Source of the DNA: an uncultured Eubacteriales bacterium
GTDB taxonomy: Bacteria; Bacillota; Clostridia; Christensenellales; CAG-138
NCBI GenBank assembly: GCA_902787375.1
Contig: CADAGD010000020.1
Coordinates: forward strand, 1-62,820
Length of the DNA: 62,820 nucleotides
Direction of reading: 5' to 3'
Part shown: positions 58,382 to 62,820 of the stretch, piece by piece
Layout of the letters: the number at the start of each line of letters is the position of its first letter
How positions within the stretch are numbered: the first letter of the stretch is position 1
Made by a program: the position numbers and the translations under genes
The notes under the pieces: model-generated
What the model was told of the DNA's origin: nothing
The model's database searches: none
Seen by the model: the letters and a program-made list of their open reading frames with translations, nothing else

Positions 58382-61342
58382 ATGGATAAAGATAAATTTA
58401 TAAAAACAGATTCCGAAAGCACCGTCGCATTCAATGCTCCCGAAAGCGAAGAGCTGATATCGGTTGACACGAGCGGCAGGGTTATAAAACGCGAAAGGGC
58501 CTCCCGCAAGGAGCAGCGTTCCAATGAGGATCGCCGCGTTTTTCGCAGGCGCGACAAGCCGAGGCCCTTTGCTCTGAGCATAGTATTCAATGTGATGAAG
58601 CTCATGGCGGCTGTCGTATTGCTTGCCGCGATAGGAGTTTTCGGCTTGGTAGCCGGCGTTGCCAAGGCATATGTTGACACCACTCCGACGCTTGACGTAT
58701 CGAGGCTCACAATATCGGAGCGCACAAGCTACATATACGACAAGGACGGCAACTTCATAACGACGTTTGCCGGCATGGAATACCGCGACTGGGTCGATAT
58801 AACCGAGATACCCGACATGCTCAAGAACGCCCTCATATCCGTTGAGGACGTACGCTTCTACAAGCACGGGGGCATCGACTTCAAGAGGCTCTTTTCCGCG
58901 ATAGTCAACACGTTTCAGAATTCAAACACCCACGGCGGCTCCACGCTCACGCAGCAGCTCATAAAGAACAAGATACTCACCAATGAGCAGAGCTACAAGC
59001 GTAAGATACAGGAGGCGTATCTTGCCTATGAGCTTGAGAACGTCATGAGCAAGGACAAGATACTTGAGGCATACATGAACGATGTTTTCCTCGGTGAATC
59101 GAACTATGGCTTTGCCTCCGCCGCCAAGGACTATTTCGGCAAGGAGCTGAATCAGCTTACCATCAGGGAATGCGCAATGCTTGCCGGCATGGTTCAGAAG
59201 CCCTATTACACCAATCCGCGCGCGAACACCTACTCTCGCTTTAACGAGGACGGCACGAACAAGATGGACGTCACGAACAAGAGGACGGACACGGTGCTTG
59301 CCGCCATGTACAACGCCGGATACATAACGCACGAGCAGTACAAATCCGCCCTTGACGAGGAGGTTCGCATAATCGAAAAGAGCGAGAAAAAGCAGCTCTA
59401 CGATATGCCCTACTTCGTCGAGTACGGCGTATACGACGTCATAACCCATATGCTCCAGCAGCGCGGAATCGAGGACAACAAGGCGAATCGCTCCGCGCTC
59501 GAAAACGAGCTTCGCACGGGCGGCTATCACATATACCTGACGGTCGATCCCAAGATACAGAACACCGTTCAGGATACCATAACCAACTGGGCAAGCTATC
59601 CCGGACTTCAGAACCCGTCGGCGGGAGTACAGATAACCACCACATCCGACGGCACGACCCTTGAGGTGCTTCAGCCCCAGGCTTCCGCCGTCATAATCGA
59701 CCAGCACACCGGCGAGCTTCGCGCCGTAATAGGCGGCAGGCAGGCTCCCACCCTCAAAAAGCAGCTCAACCGCGCCTATCAGAGCTCAATGCCGGTCGGC
59801 TCCGCCATAAAGCCGCTGTCGGTCTACGGCCCCGCGCTCGACCTCGGTCTGTCCTGCAACTCGACGATACTCAACGCCGAATTCCCCATTGAAGGCTACG
59901 GCGGAGAGAAGGGCTATCCCTCGCTCGGCTCGACCAAGTGGATAGGCATGATGCCCATTCGACGCAGTATTGAAAAATCGCTCAACATAGTCGCCGCAAG
60001 AACGCTTTTTGACGTCGTAACCCCTCCCGTCGGAGCGGAATACCTCATAAAGCTCGGCGTCAATCCCTCAAGGATAAATGTTGACGGTCCCGGTCTTGCG
60101 CTCGGCACAACGGGCATAACCCCCATCGAGATGGCGTCCGCCTATGCCACAATCGCAAACGGCGGCGTTTACAACGAGCCGATAGCCTTCACGGTCGTGC
60201 TTGACAAGGACATGAAGGTCGTGCTTGACGCCAAGAAAATACAGAAGAGCTATCGTGTATTCGAGGAGTCGAGCGCGTTCATGCTCATAGACATGCTCAA
60301 GGACGTCGTAAAGACCGGTACCGGTACGAACGCGCAGATAGACGGCTTAACCGTCGCCGGAAAGACCGGTACGAACAACGATTACACCAGCGTCTACTTT
60401 GCCGGCTTCACGGGCTATTACACCGGTTCGCTCTGGATAGGTCACGATCTGTACGCGGAAAAGCTCGCCACGGGCTCCACCGGCGGAAACTCCGCCGCTC
60501 CGCTCTGGCAGTCATTCATGAAAAAGATACACGAGGGACTGAGCGACAAGCCTATACTGGACGTTTCACCCGCAGACATAGGCGTTACCAAGGTGACGCT
60601 CTGCGCCGTATCGGGCAAGCTTGCAACCGAGGCTTGTATGCACGATTCGTACAATCCTCCGATAACGGACTGGTGCGCCGTTGACAAAATACCCACCGAG
60701 GAATGCGATATGCACTTCCTTGCGGACGGCTGCACCTCCTCATATCAGATAGCCGGCCCTTACTGCCCGTCCTCGCTCAGATACAGCAAATGCCTGCTGC
60801 TCGTCCATCCCGATTCGGTATTTGCCAAGCTGAGGGATTATGAGAACGCCATTTCAAGCGGTGAGCTTACCGGCGACCAGTATTCGGGCTTCAACCCCGT
60901 CTACCGCAAGATATTCCCCAACGCCGTGCTTACAAGTCTTGGCGGCGAGGAGTATCTCGCCTACTGTCTGCGCGAGGGCAAGGTATGCCAGATACACGGT
61001 CACAGCAGCAGTCAGCCAAGCGATCTGCAAACGCTCATCTCAAAAGCCAACAGTCTGATTTCCGAGGTCACAAAATACCTTGAGAGTGTTCAGACGCTGC
61101 CCGCAACCGACAGGGCGAACCTTGAGTCGCTCATTGCGAGCCTCAAAGCCGCGGTCGCCGTGCAGAACAGCACCAACATCAGAACGGCGCACAATCAGCT
61201 CAAGACAAGCTATGAGTATCTGTCTTCGCTGTATCCCCTGCCCGTTTCGACGGTCACTCCCGAACCCTCGGAAGCCCCGGTCGATACGACGACGCCGGAT
61301 ATTACTCCCGAAGTCACAACGGCTCCGACGACAAATCCGTAA
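58382..61342 (+). CDS. Class A penicillin-binding protein (PBP1A family)
   Basis: Transglycosylase EDVRFYKHGG, GGSTLTQQLIKN, RKIQE; transpeptidase SAIK, SLN, KTGT; Cys/His-rich C-terminal region. Confidence 0.95.
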   Translation: MDKDKFIKTDSESTVAFNAPESEELISVDTSGRVIKRERASRKEQRSNEDRRVFRRRDKPRPFALSIVFNVMKLMAAVVLLAAIGVFGLVAGVAKAYVDTTPTLDVSRLTISERTSYIYDKDGNFITTFAGMEYRDWVDITEIPDMLKNALISVEDVRFYKHGGIDFKRLFSAIVNTFQNSNTHGGSTLTQQLIKNKILTNEQSYKRKIQEAYLAYELENVMSKDKILEAYMNDVFLGESNYGFASAAKDYFGKELNQLTIRECAMLAGMVQKPYYTNPRANTYSRFNEDGTNKMDVTNKRTDTVLAAMYNAGYITHEQYKSALDEEVRIIEKSEKKQLYDMPYFVEYGVYDVITHMLQQRGIEDNKANRSALENELRTGGYHIYLTVDPKIQNTVQDTITNWASYPGLQNPSAGVQITTTSDGTTLEVLQPQASAVIIDQHTGELRAVIGGRQAPTLKKQLNRAYQSSMPVGSAIKPLSVYGPALDLGLSCNSTILNAEFPIEGYGGEKGYPSLGSTKWIGMMPIRRSIEKSLNIVAARTLFDVVTPPVGAEYLIKLGVNPSRINVDGPGLALGTTGITPIEMASAYATIANGGVYNEPIAFTVVLDKDMKVVLDAKKIQKSYRVFEESSAFMLIDMLKDVVKTGTGTNAQIDGLTVAGKTGTNNDYTSVYFAGFTGYYTGSLWIGHDLYAEKLATGSTGGNSAAPLWQSFMKKIHEGLSDKPILDVSPADIGVTKVTLCAVSGKLATEACMHDSYNPPITDWCAVDKIPTEECDMHFLADGCTSSYQIAGPYCPSSLRYSKCLLLVHPDSVFAKLRDYENAISSGELTGDQYSGFNPVYRKIFPNAVLTSLGGEEYLAYCLREGKVCQIHGHSSSQPSDLQTLISKANSLISEVTKYLESVQTLPATDRANLESLIASLKAAVAVQNSTNIRTAHNQLKTSYEYLSSLYPLPVSTVTPEPSEAPVDTTTPDITPEVTTAPTTNP

Positions 61343-61388
61343 TTTGCAATGCGTAATTCGTAATTCGTAATGCGTAATTCGCAATCAC
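61340..61388. repeat. Intergenic heptamer tandem repeat (T/C)AAT(T/G)CG x7
   Basis: TAATTTG CAATGCG TAATTCG TAATTCG TAATGCG TAATTCG CAATCAC. Confidence 0.85.
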
Positions 61389-61475
61389 GAAACCGCAGCC
61401 GTTTACAAAATGGCAGGCTGATTCATATATTTGGTATAGGGGGTTTCCCCCATTCTACCGAATGGAGTTGATTTA

Positions 61476-62612
61476 ATGATTTATTTTGATAACAGCGCAA
61501 CGACCGTATGCCTTCCCAAGGCAGCGGAAACGGCGCGCGCATATATGCTGGAGAGCTACTTTAATCCTGCCGCCGCATACGCCCCGGCGGTACAGCTTGA
61601 GCGTGACATATCGTCCGCGAGAGCGGTCATAGCCGCGGAGCTTAGGGCTGAGCCGTCGGAGCTTATATTCACATCCTGCGGAACCGAATCCAACAACACC
61701 GCGATCTTCGGCTCCCTTAAAGCCATGCGCGGCAAGGGACGCGTCATAGTTTCAGCCGTCGAGCATCCCTCCGTTTACGAGGCGGCAATGGAGCTTCGTG
61801 AAGCGGGCTATGACGTGCGATTCGCTCCCGTTGACCGAACCGGCAAGGTGATACTCTCCGAGCTTGCCTCCCTGCTGACAGGCGATACCCGGCTTGTCAG
61901 CGTAATGCACGTCAACAACGAGAGCGGCGCGATAAACGACATCGACGACATATACGCTCTGCTGCGGCGCAATGCTCCCGATTGTCTTCTGCATGTTGAC
62001 GGGGTTCAGGCGTTTATGAAGGAGGCTCCCGTCAAATGCGATATGTATTCGGTCAGCGGGCATAAGCTGCACGCTCCCAAGGGCATAGGCGCGCTGCTCA
62101 TAAGAAAAGGCGTTCGCGTAAAGCCCTACCTCATCGGCGGCGGACAGGAATCGGGTATGCGCTCCGGCACATCCAACGCGCCATCGATAATGGCGTTTTC
62201 CGCTGCGGTATCCGACTATGCCGAGCATAGAGCCGAATACCGCGAAGCCATGCTGGCGGTAAAAAAGCGGCTTTTCTCCAATCTGTCACGCATTCGTGAC
62301 GTGCGTCTTAATGGCCCGGATATGGAGCATTCCGCCGCTCACATACTCAATATGAGCTTCATGGGCGTGAGGGGCGAGGTACTCCTGAATGCCCTTTCGG
62401 AAAAAGGGCTTTGCGTTTCAACAGGCTCCGCCTGCGCCGCTCACAAGCGCGGCAAGAACCGCATTCTGAACGCCATGGGCATAACGGGCGACAGGCAGGA
62501 CGGCGCGATAAGATTCAGCTTCTCCCACTTCAATACGGTTGAGGAGGCCGATATTGCCGCCCAGCTCATCGAGGAGCATGTAAACCTGCTTCGCAGATTC
62601 AGAAGGCGCTAA
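61476..62612 (+). CDS. Cysteine desulfurase (IscS/NifS family)
   Basis: IYFDNSATT, FTSCGTESNN, MHVNNE, SGHKLHAPKG, STGSAC. Confidence 0.94.
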   Translation: MIYFDNSATTVCLPKAAETARAYMLESYFNPAAAYAPAVQLERDISSARAVIAAELRAEPSELIFTSCGTESNNTAIFGSLKAMRGKGRVIVSAVEHPSVYEAAMELREAGYDVRFAPVDRTGKVILSELASLLTGDTRLVSVMHVNNESGAINDIDDIYALLRRNAPDCLLHVDGVQAFMKEAPVKCDMYSVSGHKLHAPKGIGALLIRKGVRVKPYLIGGGQESGMRSGTSNAPSIMAFSAAVSDYAEHRAEYREAMLAVKKRLFSNLSRIRDVRLNGPDMEHSAAHILNMSFMGVRGEVLLNALSEKGLCVSTGSACAAHKRGKNRILNAMGITGDRQDGAIRFSFSHFNTVEEADIAAQLIEEHVNLLRRFRRR

Positions 62613-62658
62613 AAAGCCGCCAGACCGCTGACAAACCCCAAATGCGCCGGAAATACCT

Positions 62659-62811
62659 GCCTTCCCCTGTGAGGGGAAGGGGGACCGCCGCCTCAGCGGT
62701 GGTGGATGAGGTGGAAAAAAACTCAATAAGCACTTAGTTTTTTTGATAACGCCATTGTTTCCACCTCATCAGTCAGACTTCGTCTGACAGCTTCCCCTCA
62801 AAGGGGAAGCC
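62659..62811. repeat. REP-doublet (REPIN-like) palindromic element
   Basis: Terminal hairpins CTTCCCCT-NNN-AGGGGAAG at both ends, inner hairpins, and a GATGAGGTGGAAA/TTTCCACCTCATC stem around a spacer. Confidence 0.8.
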
Positions 62812-62820
62812 AAGGAAAGC

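Noticed and set aside
61040-61384. ORF beginning MRITHYELRITH
   Set aside because: Translation of the heptamer repeat, antisense to PBP1A.

Overview
62.8-kb chromosomal window from an anaerobic, spore-forming Clostridia-class Firmicute (PFOR, rubrerythrin, cotJABC, cdaA/cdaR, smpB-ssrA, secG, gpmI, a pgk-tpi fusion, RNase J, PBP1A). All calls come from reading the sequence; no database searches were run. The right third (41.6-62.6 kb) is mostly housekeeping. Main points of interest: (1) a non-coding element built from GNA/GNNA-capped hairpins punctuated by ATGATG/CATCAT motifs. It occurs in three copies: two at the 3' ends of tRNA-Pro and tmRNA and one in front of a four-helix-bundle (IVP/Avd-like) gene. 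Two copies bracket a self-contained GNAT cassette. (2) The tmRNA gene's CCACCA 3' end is displaced by 296 bp. An att-bounded relic islet with serine-integrase-type site geometry follows it and carries tRNA-modification and sulfur/metal genes. (3) A 71-codon gene missed by the ORF track has an in-frame UGA at a Cys position (CxxUxxC) and is a candidate new selenoprotein. (4) A cohesin-dockerin surface system has no carbohydrate-active enzyme in the window. It comprises a three-cohesin wall-anchored scaffoldin, a cohesin-like lipoprotein, and dockerins fused to a CotH kinase and to a transcobalamin-like DUF4430 protein. No CRISPR array, rRNA, integrase or transposase is present.
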